From IMG/VR virus record IMGVR_UViG_3300009502_000019: a stretch of DNA of 64,000 bases. One strand, written 5' to 3'. Made by a program: the position numbers and the translations under genes. This stretch comes from a virus. Taxonomy: Duplodnaviria; Heunggongvirae; Uroviricota; Caudoviricetes. Below, piece after piece: positions 47,312-57,192 of the stretch. The stretch's first letter is position 1. Every line of letters begins with the position of its first letter. A model generated the notes under the pieces. That model was given only the letters and a program-made list of their open reading frames with translations, was not told the DNA's origin and did not search any database.

Positions 47312-47312
47312 A

Positions 47313-47651
47313 ATGGGAAAATCCAGGTGGTTGAGTGAGAGTACGGTTATCCGGTTCTTCACCAAGCTTGGTGGTAAGCTCGACTACTCAGCCACCTGGA
47401 TCTATCTTCCTGTCCGGTACGGAACAATTGTAATGAACTTATACAGGCAGTCTGAGTTACCAGGAAAAAGATCACTAAGCCTTGAAATACACGACGCTAG
47501 GTGGACCAAGCGCGGAAACGTTCATATTGTGTCTTACTGGGGCTGGCCAAGGAGTATGAAAGAGCTACAGGAGATCTGGAACGGTATACGTGAGACATAT
47601 GGAATACTTGGCGGCGTAGCATGGTTTGCAAGAAGCCCGCTACTATCTTGA
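47313..47651 (+). CDS. Hypothetical protein (internal Met start, MGKSRWLSE)
   Basis: Part of ORF 47244-47651; the start is chosen to avoid overlapping the upstream gene. Confidence 0.4.
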   Translation: MGKSRWLSESTVIRFFTKLGGKLDYSATWIYLPVRYGTIVMNLYRQSELPGKRSLSLEIHDARWTKRGNVHIVSYWGWPRSMKELQEIWNGIRETYGILGGVAWFARSPLLS

Positions 47652-47679
47652 AACACGCCTAACTCTGGAGGAACACAAA

Positions 47680-48207
47680 ATGGGATTTGATCTATACGGA
47701 GTACTTCCTGGAAAAGAGAAACCGACATTCGACTTCAAAGACAAGGAGAGCACTGACGCGTATTTCAAGTGGCAGCAGGACACTAAGGGGTCCTACTTCA
47801 GGAACAACGTGTGGTGGTGGCGGCCTCTTTGGAAGTACGTGTGCACCACATGCGGCGACATCCTAAGCGATCGTGACATGGAGCGCGGTAGCTACAATGA
47901 CGGGCATCTAATCGTCTCTAGCAAGGCCAGTAAGCTCTCAGACCGTCTCCAGAGCCTCATTGACTCAGGTGAAGTGAAAAAGTACGCTGACGCGTACAAA
48001 AAACACTTAGAAAGCCTTCCGAAGAAGAAATGTTGGCTGTGCAAGGGGACTGGCAAACGGAACGACATGGAAGTTAAGGACGGATGCAACTCATGCAGCG
48101 GTACAGGATTTACCGACGACGAAGATAAGAGTTACCCATTCAATGAAGAAAACGTTCAAGAGTTCGCTTGGTTCTGTGCGGCCAGTGGCGGATTTGAGAT
48201 CAGCTAA
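47680..48207 (+). CDS. Hypothetical Cys-rich protein
   Basis: ATG at 47680 preceded by a GGAGGAAC RBS. Several CxxC pairs (CTTCG, CWLCKGTG, CNSCSGTG). Confidence 0.5.
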   Translation: MGFDLYGVLPGKEKPTFDFKDKESTDAYFKWQQDTKGSYFRNNVWWWRPLWKYVCTTCGDILSDRDMERGSYNDGHLIVSSKASKLSDRLQSLIDSGEVKKYADAYKKHLESLPKKKCWLCKGTGKRNDMEVKDGCNSCSGTGFTDDEDKSYPFNEENVQEFAWFCAASGGFEIS

Positions 48208-48217
48208 GGAGAAACAG

Positions 48218-48754
48218 ATGCTAGTACAGGAAGCTCGGAAGTTAATGAGGAAGTATGGCCCTAGTTCGGCCATGTACCAGGGTAGTGAGAAGCAGAAGGG
48301 CGTTATTCGTCAGCTGTGTCTTTACAATCCAGATCTTACATTCCAGGAGAACATGAGGATTCTTGGGGTTAAGCAGTATAAGTCACTGCGCGATCTTGTA
48401 CTCAGGTATAAGCTTCCTAAGTACACGAATGTGAAGGTGGCAAAGAACTACCAAAGGCTTTGGGATGAGACCAAGTCCATTAGCGAGAACGCGGAAAGAC
48501 TGGGCATTAACTATGGATGCGCCAATTCAGTGAAAGCAAGGTTTAAGTTCGCTGCAAAAAGGTATAAACAGCACACCAAAACTCGTGCCAAGTGCAACCG
48601 CTTAGAGGTTATATTCCTCAGGAATCGCGGGTACACGTGGGACAGCATCGCGAGGCTCTTTGGAGTGACCCGCCAGTGTGTCCACAGCCTATTCAATTCC
48701 TCTGTCAGCTTGCTTCCTAAGGAAGCGCTGCTGCGGAAAGAAGGAACTGCTTAG
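48218..48754 (+). CDS. Putative HTH transcriptional regulator
   Basis: C-terminal GYTWDSIARLFGVTRQCVHSLF helix-turn-helix. Confidence 0.45.
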   Translation: MLVQEARKLMRKYGPSSAMYQGSEKQKGVIRQLCLYNPDLTFQENMRILGVKQYKSLRDLVLRYKLPKYTNVKVAKNYQRLWDETKSISENAERLGINYGCANSVKARFKFAAKRYKQHTKTRAKCNRLEVIFLRNRGYTWDSIARLFGVTRQCVHSLFNSSVSLLPKEALLRKEGTA

Positions 48755-48755
48755 A

Positions 48756-49265
48756 ATGATATTCTTCACGTCTGATCACCACTTCAACCACAAGAACGTT
48801 ATTAAGTACTGTGACAGGCCTTTTAGTGACGTTACGGAGATGAACGAGGCCATGATCGCTAACTGGAATGGTGTGGTGCGGCCTACGGACAGTGTGTACC
48901 ACTTAGGGGACTTCTGCTTTGGTGATGCCGGCAAGATCCTGGACCGGCTAAACGGAAAGATTCACATGGTTGTAGGAAGCCATGACAAGCAGATCTGGGA
49001 TTACAAAAGCAGGTTCGCTGAAATAGGTCGCATTTTAGAGTTTGAGGAGTTCACACTCTGCCATTATGCAATGCGGGTGTGGCCGCGGTCTCACTACAAT
49101 ACCTGCCATTTGTTTGGCCACAGCCACGGCCACCTGGAGGGGCAGGGAAAGAGCTTTGATATCGGAGTTGATTCCTGGGAGTTTACGCCGGTGTCTTTGG
49201 AGCGAGTACGAGAAGAAATGGCCAAAAGGCCTGACAACTTTAACCTAGTACAAAACAGGAGATAG
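48756..49265 (+). CDS. Calcineurin-like metallophosphoesterase
   Basis: MIFFTSDHHFNH, GDFCFG, GSHD and GHSHGH motifs. Confidence 0.7.
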   Translation: MIFFTSDHHFNHKNVIKYCDRPFSDVTEMNEAMIANWNGVVRPTDSVYHLGDFCFGDAGKILDRLNGKIHMVVGSHDKQIWDYKSRFAEIGRILEFEEFTLCHYAMRVWPRSHYNTCHLFGHSHGHLEGQGKSFDIGVDSWEFTPVSLERVREEMAKRPDNFNLVQNRR

Positions 49266-49450
49266 CAATGCATCTTACAGCAGAGCAAAAGCAGGAAGTA
49301 CACAAGGCGAAATTTAACCTGCGCGGACGGCGTGGAAAGAGGAATTGGCAAATGCGCACCAAGGAGGTCGCAGCGGCTAAGGAGGTATTGTCGAAATATG
49401 ACATTGAGTATACGCCGAAGTGGATGAAGGACGGGAAGTTATAACCGATT

Positions 49451-49669
49451 ATGGCTAATCCGATTGATAACGCTTCAGCCAGGTTCATGCTTAAAGAAGT
49501 GGATGATAGGGTATCGAGAGGGGCAAAGAGGATCCAAGTTGACGCGGCACTCAGGCTCGAGCGAGTTCGAGCTAAAGTAGTTTCGTGCCGCAGTCTTTCG
49601 AAAGACGAAGGAGTGTTTTTGCAGCAGCTGTATGAACGGTGCACAGAACTTACACGTATAAAATGGTAG
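49451..49669 (+). CDS. Hypothetical small protein
   Basis: 72 aa ORF. Confidence 0.4.
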   Translation: MANPIDNASARFMLKEVDDRVSRGAKRIQVDAALRLERVRAKVVSCRSLSKDEGVFLQQLYERCTELTRIKW

Positions 49670-49678
49670 GAGAAATAA

Positions 49679-49999
49679 ATGGGCAGAGTGGAGTACACTT
49701 TTGAAGATCTTGATCGTGTTAAGCAGCAGTACCGGACAAACTTTGAGCGCCTTATGAGCTCTGTCAGTAACATTCAGCGCAAGAAGCACCAGAAAGAGGA
49801 GAGCAGGCTCGTTAAGCTCGAAACATCCATTCAAAAGCAGCTTGGCGTGTTCATCCATGGGCCATCATGTCCCGGGAACACATCTCACTGCGGAAAGTGT
49901 AACAAGACTGATTGCGGGTTTCGGTATGTCCCGAAGAACCCGATAGAAGACGCGGGTACGAGAAAGAAATACGCGAAGAGAACGACGAAAGTAGCATGA
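49679..49999 (+). CDS. Hypothetical protein with C-terminal Cys cluster
   Basis: 106 aa ORF. Confidence 0.45.
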   Translation: MGRVEYTFEDLDRVKQQYRTNFERLMSSVSNIQRKKHQKEESRLVKLETSIQKQLGVFIHGPSCPGNTSHCGKCNKTDCGFRYVPKNPIEDAGTRKKYAKRTTKVA

Positions 50000-50205
50000 C
50001 GAGTCCAAACATAGTATTTACAACAGAGAACTTTAAAAAGTTCAAGCAGCTGTACGCGGCTACACAGAAAGGTGACGTTTTTGTGTTTGAGGGCCGCGAA
50101 GTTCTGCATGACTACGCTAAGTACGTAATTGAGTATCTAGAACCGAAGTTTAGAAAAGGAGGTACATATGGTGCACAAAAAAGCGAAGAATACATCAACA
50201 ACTAA
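49996..50205 (+). CDS. Hypothetical small protein
   Basis: Internal Met of ORF 49912-50205, overlapping the upstream stop (ATGA). Confidence 0.4.
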   Translation: MTSPNIVFTTENFKKFKQLYAATQKGDVFVFEGREVLHDYAKYVIEYLEPKFRKGGTYGAQKSEEYINN

Positions 50206-50335
50206 GCCAGTTGCCGGAACGTGCTTTTGCTGTATGGCCGACATGGTTCTTTCAGTAAGCAAGAACAAGAGATTTGCCCTTGGAATATGTGAAGTTCTGT
50301 ACGACAAGAAGCACTCTAAAGTACAAAAATAGTTA

Positions 50336-50364
50336 TTGACAATAATAAGTCGTAATGATAGAGT
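50336..50364 (+). promoter_or_regulatory. Sigma70-type promoter TTGACA-N17-TAGAGT with AAATAGTT upstream box
   Basis: aaaatagttattgacaataataagtcgtaatgatagagt, upstream of the gene at 50404. Confidence 0.65.
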
Positions 50365-50403
50365 TATGTGTAGTCACAGCAGTTCATACAAAGGAGAAAT
50401 TAC

Positions 50404-50874
50404 ATGGACGAGTTAATTAGTCATCTGTTGAAGCTTACGAATGTTCTCGAGGCACGCGGAGGCCAGATTGTGTTTCCGAATGCCATTGTTGCAACTCACT
50501 CGGCACTTCCTGGAGAGCCAGAGCACCTCGGAGTTTGGTGGTACCACTTGCCGTCAAAGAGAATGGTCTACTCCAAGGACGCGGAGACCCATCTTGACTC
50601 TGAGTTTAGAGACTCAGTTCCAGAGCTATACGCGGCAAGAATACCCAATAAAGTATTAGCGAATCGTGCCGGCTGGATAAGCGGACGGCTCGGGTACGAC
50701 AACGCCAAAAATGTGTTCGCGTTTGTATATTTACAGGAGCTCAACGGGCACTTGCCTGGATCTGTTGCGGCCGACATCCTGCAGCAGCTTCGCCGCAAGT
50801 CCGGTCACAGTATTCTCAACCTTACTGATGAAGACGGGTACTCACTCGCTGAGAGGCGTGGGAAGGCGGTTTAA
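50404..50874 (+). CDS. Hypothetical protein
   Basis: 156 aa with an AAAGGAGAAATTAC RBS. Confidence 0.5.
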   Translation: MDELISHLLKLTNVLEARGGQIVFPNAIVATHSALPGEPEHLGVWWYHLPSKRMVYSKDAETHLDSEFRDSVPELYAARIPNKVLANRAGWISGRLGYDNAKNVFAFVYLQELNGHLPGSVAADILQQLRRKSGHSILNLTDEDGYSLAERRGKAV

Positions 50875-50877
50875 TTC

Positions 50878-51606
50878 ATGGAGAACTTTCCATTCAGGGC
50901 GCCACTAGTAGTCGGCTACAAGGGCGAGATAGGGTCGTTCATACTGCAAGGGCTTCTAAGGCACATGCCTAAGGCATTAGATATCTATTGTGTAGACAAG
51001 AACGAAAGCCACGACGAGGTGACAGACCGGATTAAGCGTTCCGATGTTATCTTTCTGTGTGTTCCCATCAAAGAGACTGTGCACTGGCTCATACAGTACA
51101 GAGCACTGCTTAAAGGTAAGGTGGTATACGAGCAGACATCTTTAAAGAGCACTGTGTACAAAAACATTAACAAGATATTCGCATACAAGGCGAATTTCGA
51201 GCTCAAGTCCATGCACATTCTCTTTAGGCCGTCCGCAACGCCGAACAAGAGTGACCGAAAGGTCGCTATCATAGATCCTACCAAGTTTGGTCCAGAGGAG
51301 ACGGCGGCTATTGCAGCAATTACTGAATCGGACATACAGTGGATCGTCAACCACGCGATGCATGATCTTATTATGGCCAGGCAGCAGGCCTTAATGCACA
51401 GAGTGCTTCTTACGCTCGATCGTACTGTTGGCAACAACCCTAAGACGTACATAAGCCTTAAAGTCCGTGAGCTGTGCGATAGGATCCTGTCCGGAGACGC
51501 TGGACTATACGAGAGCATTCAGAACAACCACTACCTGCCGAAAGCTCTTAACGAGTTTAAGAGAAATCTCAGGAAGTTTAACATCAAAAACGAGTTCAAA
51601 ACATGA
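50878..51606 (+). CDS. Putative NAD(P)-binding Rossmann-fold dehydrogenase (prephenate-dehydrogenase-like, weak)
   Basis: 242 aa. N-terminal VVGYKGEIGSFILQGL resembles a GxGxxG dinucleotide-binding motif. Confidence 0.35.
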   Translation: MENFPFRAPLVVGYKGEIGSFILQGLLRHMPKALDIYCVDKNESHDEVTDRIKRSDVIFLCVPIKETVHWLIQYRALLKGKVVYEQTSLKSTVYKNINKIFAYKANFELKSMHILFRPSATPNKSDRKVAIIDPTKFGPEETAAIAAITESDIQWIVNHAMHDLIMARQQALMHRVLLTLDRTVGNNPKTYISLKVRELCDRILSGDAGLYESIQNNHYLPKALNEFKRNLRKFNIKNEFKT

Positions 51607-51756
51607 GCCTATCTGACTGTGCACACTGTTGGGAAACACCATGTTGCTGTGGGTATAGCTATAAAGACTGGTCTAAACAACGGCTGGAGGAGCAGATCGA
51701 AATGCTCAAAAGCGTACTTGCGGGAACGAACGTCTACTGCAATAAGAAGGCACAAA

Positions 51757-52218
51757 ATGGCTGATCTGTATTTGCATAGGCTTGTAAGCAATCATAGAAT
51801 CGTTGGATACGAAGCAGCAATTCAGCAGCCGGATGGCACAATTAAATGGATGTATCGGCGCTGCCACCCGAGAAGAGGTGAGCTACCAGGTTTGTTTGAC
51901 TGGAGTTTTGAGGGACTGTCTCATGACACAAAAAATATAGCCGCTGGAGTAATTGATGGTAAATTTCGGGATCAGAAACTACAAATATATGAAGGAGACA
52001 TTTTACAGTGCTACCCAAGCACGCGTGACGAGGGGCTTTATGTAGTGACATCATATGAGTACGCCGACGGGATAGATTCCAGAAGAGGTTTAAAATTTGG
52101 TAAATATGAGTTCACGCCGTGCACGCTGGTAGGAAATATCTACAATAATCTTGATTTCTATAACTCAAAATGCCGCAAAAAAGAGAGAATAAATCCATAT
52201 GTACAAGTTCAAAAATGA
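51757..52218 (+). CDS. YopX-like protein
   Basis: C-terminal LVGNIYNNLDFY resembles the YopX family GNI(Y/H)ENPELL ending. Internal Met start chosen. Confidence 0.45.
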   Translation: MADLYLHRLVSNHRIVGYEAAIQQPDGTIKWMYRRCHPRRGELPGLFDWSFEGLSHDTKNIAAGVIDGKFRDQKLQIYEGDILQCYPSTRDEGLYVVTSYEYADGIDSRRGLKFGKYEFTPCTLVGNIYNNLDFYNSKCRKKERINPYVQVQK

Positions 52219-54358
52219 AGAAATGAAAGTCCCGGCATTCATATGGTCTGCGGAGGGATCGATCGAGGAGTCTGCTCTGTCACAGATCAGCAACCTCTCG
52301 AAGCTCCCATTCGCGTTCCACCACATCGCGATCATGCCGGACTGCCACTCTGGATATGGCATGCCAATCGGTGGCGTGTTGGCCGCGGAGCGTGTGGTTA
52401 TTCCTAACGCGGTTGGTGTGGATATCGGTTGTGTTGACAAAGATACAGAGTTTCTTACTGGTTTTGGATGGAAGAAAATTTCGGAGTACAAGGATGAAAA
52501 AGTAATGGAGTACTGTCCAGATACTGGGGCAGCTAGACTTGTTACGCCTGAGAACTACATAAAGGTGCCGTGCGAAAAATTTATACATTTTAAAACAAAA
52601 TATGGCATTGACCAAATGGTTAGTGAAGATCACAGATGTTTAGTATTCCTTAACGATAGGAAGACCAACTTCTCTAAGTATCAAGTAGACTTGGCTTCTG
52701 AAATACTTCAAAAGCACTTGTCCACAAAAACAGGATACAGGCATAGATTTGTAACAACATTTACTCCGGAATTAATAACACGTGTTAGTCTTACAGACGC
52801 CGAGCTAAGAGTAATGGTAATGTTCTGTGCCGACGGCTACATAGACAGAACTCGGGGGCTACTCAGGGTCAAAAAAGATAGGAAAGTTAAGCGTGCAATA
52901 AAGCTACTGAATGATGCTAATATAAAATATATACAAAGTGTCAATAAGTATGATGGTGTAACTCATATACGATTTTCTCCTCCTATTCTTGAGAAAGGTC
53001 TAAAGCAATTTTGGAATGCTAGTTTTGAGCAGCTTCTTGTAGTAAATGATGAAGTGCTACATTGGGACGGTAACGAGAAAGATCAAGTATTCTTTACTCG
53101 GAATCGGGAAGACGCTGATTTTGTTCAATACGTCTTCTCCTCGTGTGGATTTAGGAGTGTTCTTCGGACAGATATTGGGAGAAGCGGGCTAGATAGTGAA
53201 TTAGACTATCGAGTATTTAGATCAACTAGCACTAAAATAGGAATGAACGGGTACCCAAAAACTAAAATGTCGTATGCTAAAAGTGAAGACGGGTTTAAGT
53301 ATTGCTTTACAGTCCCGTCTGGATTTTTTATCGCAAGAAGAAACGGGAACGTGTTTGCAACAGGAAACTGTGGTATGTGCGCTCTAAAGACTCCGTGGAC
53401 AACTGAGTGGATCACCAAAGAGGTCATTAAGAAGCTCTTTGGAGGCTCGAAGGAGCATCACGGCGGCATCAGAACGGTTGTACCGGTAGGGTTTAGTCAC
53501 CACGGTGAAAAACAGAACGAGCAGCTTATGCCTGAAACGCGATCAATTCGCCAGGCTTTCCTAGTCGACTCAAGTATTGTTGAGCAGGAGTACCAGTCTG
53601 CCTTGAAGCAGATTGGGACGCTCGGCGGTGGGAACCATTTTATCGAAATACAGAAGGATCAGACTGGGTTTATTTGGATCATGATTCACTCGGGAAGTAG
53701 GAACATTGGCTTTAAGGTTGCTAAGCACTACAATGACCTCGCTAAGGAAATGACTGCAAAGTGGTTTTCGTCAGTTCCAAAGGAGTCTGACTTGGCATTT
53801 CTTCCTATAGACAGCACTGAAGGTCAGAAGTACCTACTTGAAATGCAATACTGTGTCGAGTTTGCGCTGGCTAACCGCAAGCTAATGATGGAGCGCATTG
53901 TAAATGTGTTTAACAGCACTCTTGGTGGCAGCATCGACATGAGCGGAATGATAAACATTGCTCACAACTACGCCACTGTCGAAAGCCATTTTGGAAAGAA
54001 CGTTATGGTTCACAGGAAGGGAGCGACTTTAGCCAGAGAAAACACTATCGGCATCATCCCTGGATCTCAGGGCACCAAGAGCTACATCGTCAAGGGTAAA
54101 GGTAATCAAGAGAGCTTTATGTCCTGCTCACACGGCGCCGGCAGGACTATGAGCCGTACCAAGGCTGAGAACACCCTAAACCTTGAGGAAGAGCAGAGGC
54201 GTCTGGACGATCAGGGCATCATTCACGGTATCCGGACAGCAAAGGACCTTGATGAAGCTGCGGGCGCGTACAAGCCGATTGATCAGGTAATGAAGAACCA
54301 GGAAGATCTCGTCGAGATCGTGGTTGAACTGCAGCCTTTAGGGGTCATTAAAGGCTGA
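52199..54358 (+). CDS. rtcB: RtcB RNA ligase interrupted by an intein (precursor)
   Basis: Exteins match RtcB: HHIAIMPDCHSGYGMP..GVDIG|CGM...NHF...HNYA...SHGAGR. Insertion is precisely at the conserved GVDIG-CGM site. Confidence 0.85.
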   Translation: MYKFKNEEMKVPAFIWSAEGSIEESALSQISNLSKLPFAFHHIAIMPDCHSGYGMPIGGVLAAERVVIPNAVGVDIGCVDKDTEFLTGFGWKKISEYKDEKVMEYCPDTGAARLVTPENYIKVPCEKFIHFKTKYGIDQMVSEDHRCLVFLNDRKTNFSKYQVDLASEILQKHLSTKTGYRHRFVTTFTPELITRVSLTDAELRVMVMFCADGYIDRTRGLLRVKKDRKVKRAIKLLNDANIKYIQSVNKYDGVTHIRFSPPILEKGLKQFWNASFEQLLVVNDEVLHWDGNEKDQVFFTRNREDADFVQYVFSSCGFRSVLRTDIGRSGLDSELDYRVFRSTSTKIGMNGYPKTKMSYAKSEDGFKYCFTVPSGFFIARRNGNVFATGNCGMCALKTPWTTEWITKEVIKKLFGGSKEHHGGIRTVVPVGFSHHGEKQNEQLMPETRSIRQAFLVDSSIVEQEYQSALKQIGTLGGGNHFIEIQKDQTGFIWIMIHSGSRNIGFKVAKHYNDLAKEMTAKWFSSVPKESDLAFLPIDSTEGQKYLLEMQYCVEFALANRKLMMERIVNVFNSTLGGSIDMSGMINIAHNYATVESHFGKNVMVHRKGATLARENTIGIIPGSQGTKSYIVKGKGNQESFMSCSHGAGRTMSRTKAENTLNLEEEQRRLDDQGIIHGIRTAKDLDEAAGAYKPIDQVMKNQEDLVEIVVELQPLGVIKG
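52430..53368 (+). mobile_element. Intein (313 aa) with LAGLIDADG-like homing endonuclease domain inside rtcB
   Basis: Begins with Cys (CVDKDTEFLTG) and ends ...VFATGN, followed by the extein Cys (CGM). Internal LTDAELRVMVMFCADGYI resembles a LAGLIDADG motif. Confidence 0.75.
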
Positions 54359-54359
54359 T

Positions 54360-54863
54360 ATGACACAGACTAAAGAATGTTGTTGTTGTAAAAAAATTTT
54401 GGAACTTAGCTGTTTCTGCAAACAGCAGCACGGAAAACTTGGAGTACGTGGGCAGTGCAGAGAGTGCTCAAAGAAATACTCGTACAAATTCAAAAAGGTA
54501 TGCAAGGTTTGCCACAAAAGGTTTACTGGATGTAAGAAGTCTATCTATTGCTCAAAGATTTGCTGTGGAGCAGACTTTAAAAACTACTTGGATCGAAATC
54601 ATAAAGTATCTGTATCCAAGCTCAATGAATTAAATCCACAGTGGAGGGGTGATGATGTTGGTTATGCCTCACTACACGCCTGGGTGAGACGTAAGTTAAA
54701 AAAACCTAGTAGGTGTATATGCTGTCAAAAAGTAAAACCTCGTGATGTCGCAAACATAAGTGGAAAATATAAAAGAGATCTTACTGACTGGGAATGGCTT
54801 TGCCGAAGATGCCATATGGAAACTGACGGAAGAATGATGAACTTAAAAAGGAGCAAAAAATGA
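54360..54863 (+). CDS. HNH endonuclease-like, Cys-rich (probable free-standing homing endonuclease)
   Basis: 167 aa and AT-rich relative to its neighbours. Many CxxC pairs; C-terminal DVANISGKY...WEWLCRRCHMETDG is HNH-like. Confidence 0.5.
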   Translation: MTQTKECCCCKKILELSCFCKQQHGKLGVRGQCRECSKKYSYKFKKVCKVCHKRFTGCKKSIYCSKICCGADFKNYLDRNHKVSVSKLNELNPQWRGDDVGYASLHAWVRRKLKKPSRCICCQKVKPRDVANISGKYKRDLTDWEWLCRRCHMETDGRMMNLKRSKK

Positions 54864-55126
54864 AGATGGTGTGTGCCGAATGTAATTTTGAGCTTAGTAC
54901 CGAGCAAAACGGGATCTTTGTGATCGAAATGGCTGACTTCGGGCCCTACAAGATCTACTCAGCGGACCTGTATAAATGTGCTGGGTGTGGCAAAGAAACT
55001 GTGGCTGGCTTTGCAACTAACCCGTATTCGGAGCACTTCGAAGATGGGTTCCAGAATGTTTTGGAGAGGGTTAAAAGTGGCAGGCATTTCTACAACTACG
55101 GGCGGACCGGGAGATACAAGAAATGA
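54860..55126 (+). CDS. Zinc-ribbon small protein
   Basis: 88 aa with CAECN...CAGCG. Confidence 0.4.
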   Translation: MKMVCAECNFELSTEQNGIFVIEMADFGPYKIYSADLYKCAGCGKETVAGFATNPYSEHFEDGFQNVLERVKSGRHFYNYGRTGRYKK

Positions 55127-55704
55127 GTAATACCGAAAGTAAAACATGTCAAAATTGCTTCTACGCTGACGGTGGAACATGTGGAAACTGCTCTGCACAG
55201 CCGGAAGGAGCAACTACAGAGATTTCCGCTGGGTTTGTCTGCGACAACTGGAAACATCAGTTAGCTAAAGTCATTTTCCTGGATGTAGATGGTGTAATCA
55301 ATTCGCGTAGAACGTGTATAGCGTACGACGGATACCCCTGGGAAGTAGATAAGCAGGGTTTAAAGATGTTTGACCACGTTGCTATAGATCTTATTAGAGT
55401 TGCATGCGAGAAAACTGGGGCCAGGATAATCCTATCCTCTACATGGCGGCGCTCGACAGGGCACGTGAACATGGCAGTAGCAATGCATCTTCCGATGATG
55501 GATTCTACGCCTGAAAAGCTGTCCTCAGCGCGTGGCGAGGAGATCGCTATGTGGCTTCGGGACCACCCAGAAGTGGAGCAATACGCTATTGTAGACGACG
55601 ACAGCGACATGTTAGATGGACAGCTTCCATACTTTGTCAAGGTAGATCCGGATAATGGGCTGTCTTATAAGAACTACCTAAAAATATTGGAGCTGCTCAA
55701 ATGA
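55123..55704 (+). CDS. HAD-family hydrolase with N-terminal Cys cluster (possible polynucleotide 3'-phosphatase or nucleotidase)
   Basis: 193 aa with HAD motif I VIFLDVDGVIN and a C-terminal IVDDDSD. Confidence 0.5.
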   Translation: MSNTESKTCQNCFYADGGTCGNCSAQPEGATTEISAGFVCDNWKHQLAKVIFLDVDGVINSRRTCIAYDGYPWEVDKQGLKMFDHVAIDLIRVACEKTGARIILSSTWRRSTGHVNMAVAMHLPMMDSTPEKLSSARGEEIAMWLRDHPEVEQYAIVDDDSDMLDGQLPYFVKVDPDNGLSYKNYLKILELLK

Positions 55705-55934
55705 AAAAGCAATACTACATCGAGAACATTGAGCGTGGATGTGTTGGAAACTGCCTTCTGTGGTGGGTTAAGGACGGCCACGGGTACCATTGTGATATCC
55801 GTAAAGCCCACAAGTTCTCGTATAAAGAGGCCAGAGAGCTCTGCCGCGGTAGGAAGAAGTATAGGATGTGGGAAGTTTCGTACATTGACGCACACACGAG
55901 GCCACACGTAGACATACAGGGGCTGTTAAAGTGA
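55701..55934 (+). CDS. Hypothetical small protein
   Basis: 77 aa ORF. Confidence 0.4.
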   Translation: MKKQYYIENIERGCVGNCLLWWVKDGHGYHCDIRKAHKFSYKEARELCRGRKKYRMWEVSYIDAHTRPHVDIQGLLK

Positions 55935-56116
55935 CTCTGGACGACTACTGGGACGATGAAGAAGATGAGGATGATGACGACTATGAGGACGCTCCGGAAC
56001 TTGTGGACGCCATCCACAGTCACTGCATACGGTGCGCTGGAACTCTTTTTGAGCCCAGTAAATGCCAGTTTAACAAATGCCCACTGTTCGCGTATAAGCC
56101 GCAGAGAACAACATGA
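55931..56116 (+). CDS. Acidic small protein with C-terminal Cys motif
   Basis: 61 aa, DDYWDDEEDEDDDDYED. Confidence 0.35.
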   Translation: MTLDDYWDDEEDEDDDDYEDAPELVDAIHSHCIRCAGTLFEPSKCQFNKCPLFAYKPQRTT

Positions 56117-56222
56117 TCCGTAAGCTTATGTGCTTGTTCGGGCTTCACAGTAAGCACCGCTCGTTTAAGATCGTTAAAGGAGTACGACGATACTACTGCT
56201 GGAGCTGCGGTAGGAGGATAAA

Positions 56223-56486
56223 GTGAGGTTGTATAAAGTGCTTCACATTCCTTCTGAGCTGTACTGGAAACCGTCGACGCACGCGAACAAGCGAAACCTT
56301 AGTCCAAAAGGAAAAGTGTACCAATCAAAACCTAGCATTGAGTCTTGGTTAAATAGTTGTGGGAGGTTGTCGTACACAGAGTATGAGCAGTATCTTGATG
56401 GAATGGTTTGGAGAGAACGTGTAATACAAGTCCCGACTCAACTAAAGGATTGGAAGATTATTGAACTGAACATTTCGGAGGAATGA
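56223..56486 (+). CDS. Hypothetical protein
   Basis: 87 aa ORF. Confidence 0.4.
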   Translation: MRLYKVLHIPSELYWKPSTHANKRNLSPKGKVYQSKPSIESWLNSCGRLSYTEYEQYLDGMVWRERVIQVPTQLKDWKIIELNISEE

Positions 56487-56722
56487 TAATGGGATGCTAC
56501 GAGACAATAACGTTTAAGTGCCCGAATTGCGGGGAAGAGCTGGCGGCACAAAGTAAGAGTGGCCCTTGTGCGCTTGGAGTCTACTCCCATGAAAGTGTCC
56601 CTATAAATGTTGCCATGGACGCCAACCGACATGCTCCATTCTTATGCTCGTGTGGCAAATCATGGCAGTTTGTGACTGCTAGTCCTGAGGGACGCATATT
56701 TCTACCAATTGAGGAGGTGTAG
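56483..56722 (+). CDS. Zinc-ribbon small protein
   Basis: 79 aa with CPNCG...CSCG. Confidence 0.4.
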   Translation: MIMGCYETITFKCPNCGEELAAQSKSGPCALGVYSHESVPINVAMDANRHAPFLCSCGKSWQFVTASPEGRIFLPIEEV

Positions 56723-56725
56723 GAA

Positions 56726-57019
56726 ATGAGCGACTTTGAAATCACACCTGAGGCGATCATCACTGGCAGACCCGTTATCAAAACACAATGCAAGACGTGT
56801 CAATACAGAAAAGCTGACATCATGGATCGTGACGGAAGGTTTGACACATGCCGAGTTCCCGGTCCGGCTACAGGGTTGGCGGAAGCAGCTATGTATTGCT
56901 CCGTTAAACGTCGGTATGACTACCCAGGAGAGTGCCCTGAATGGGCTAAGAGGGAGCTTCCCGTTAGCATATTCGAGGTTTTGTTTAAAAAGTTGTTCGG
57001 TGGTAAGAATGGCAAATAA
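56726..57019 (+). CDS. Hypothetical Cys-containing protein
   Basis: 97 aa ORF. Confidence 0.4.
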   Translation: MSDFEITPEAIITGRPVIKTQCKTCQYRKADIMDRDGRFDTCRVPGPATGLAEAAMYCSVKRRYDYPGECPEWAKRELPVSIFEVLFKKLFGGKNGK

Positions 57020-57192
57020 GAATGCTTTAGACGACTGGTGCAGTGGCTCACAGCCGAAGTGCCCGCTTCCATCTGACATGATCTCGCGGCTACGCGACAT
57101 GCCGTCTTGGGAAGAGCGCGAGAAACGTAAGCAGCAAATGATTGATCACGGGGACGTTGATCCCGACTACTTCAACAGATAATGAGGACCAC

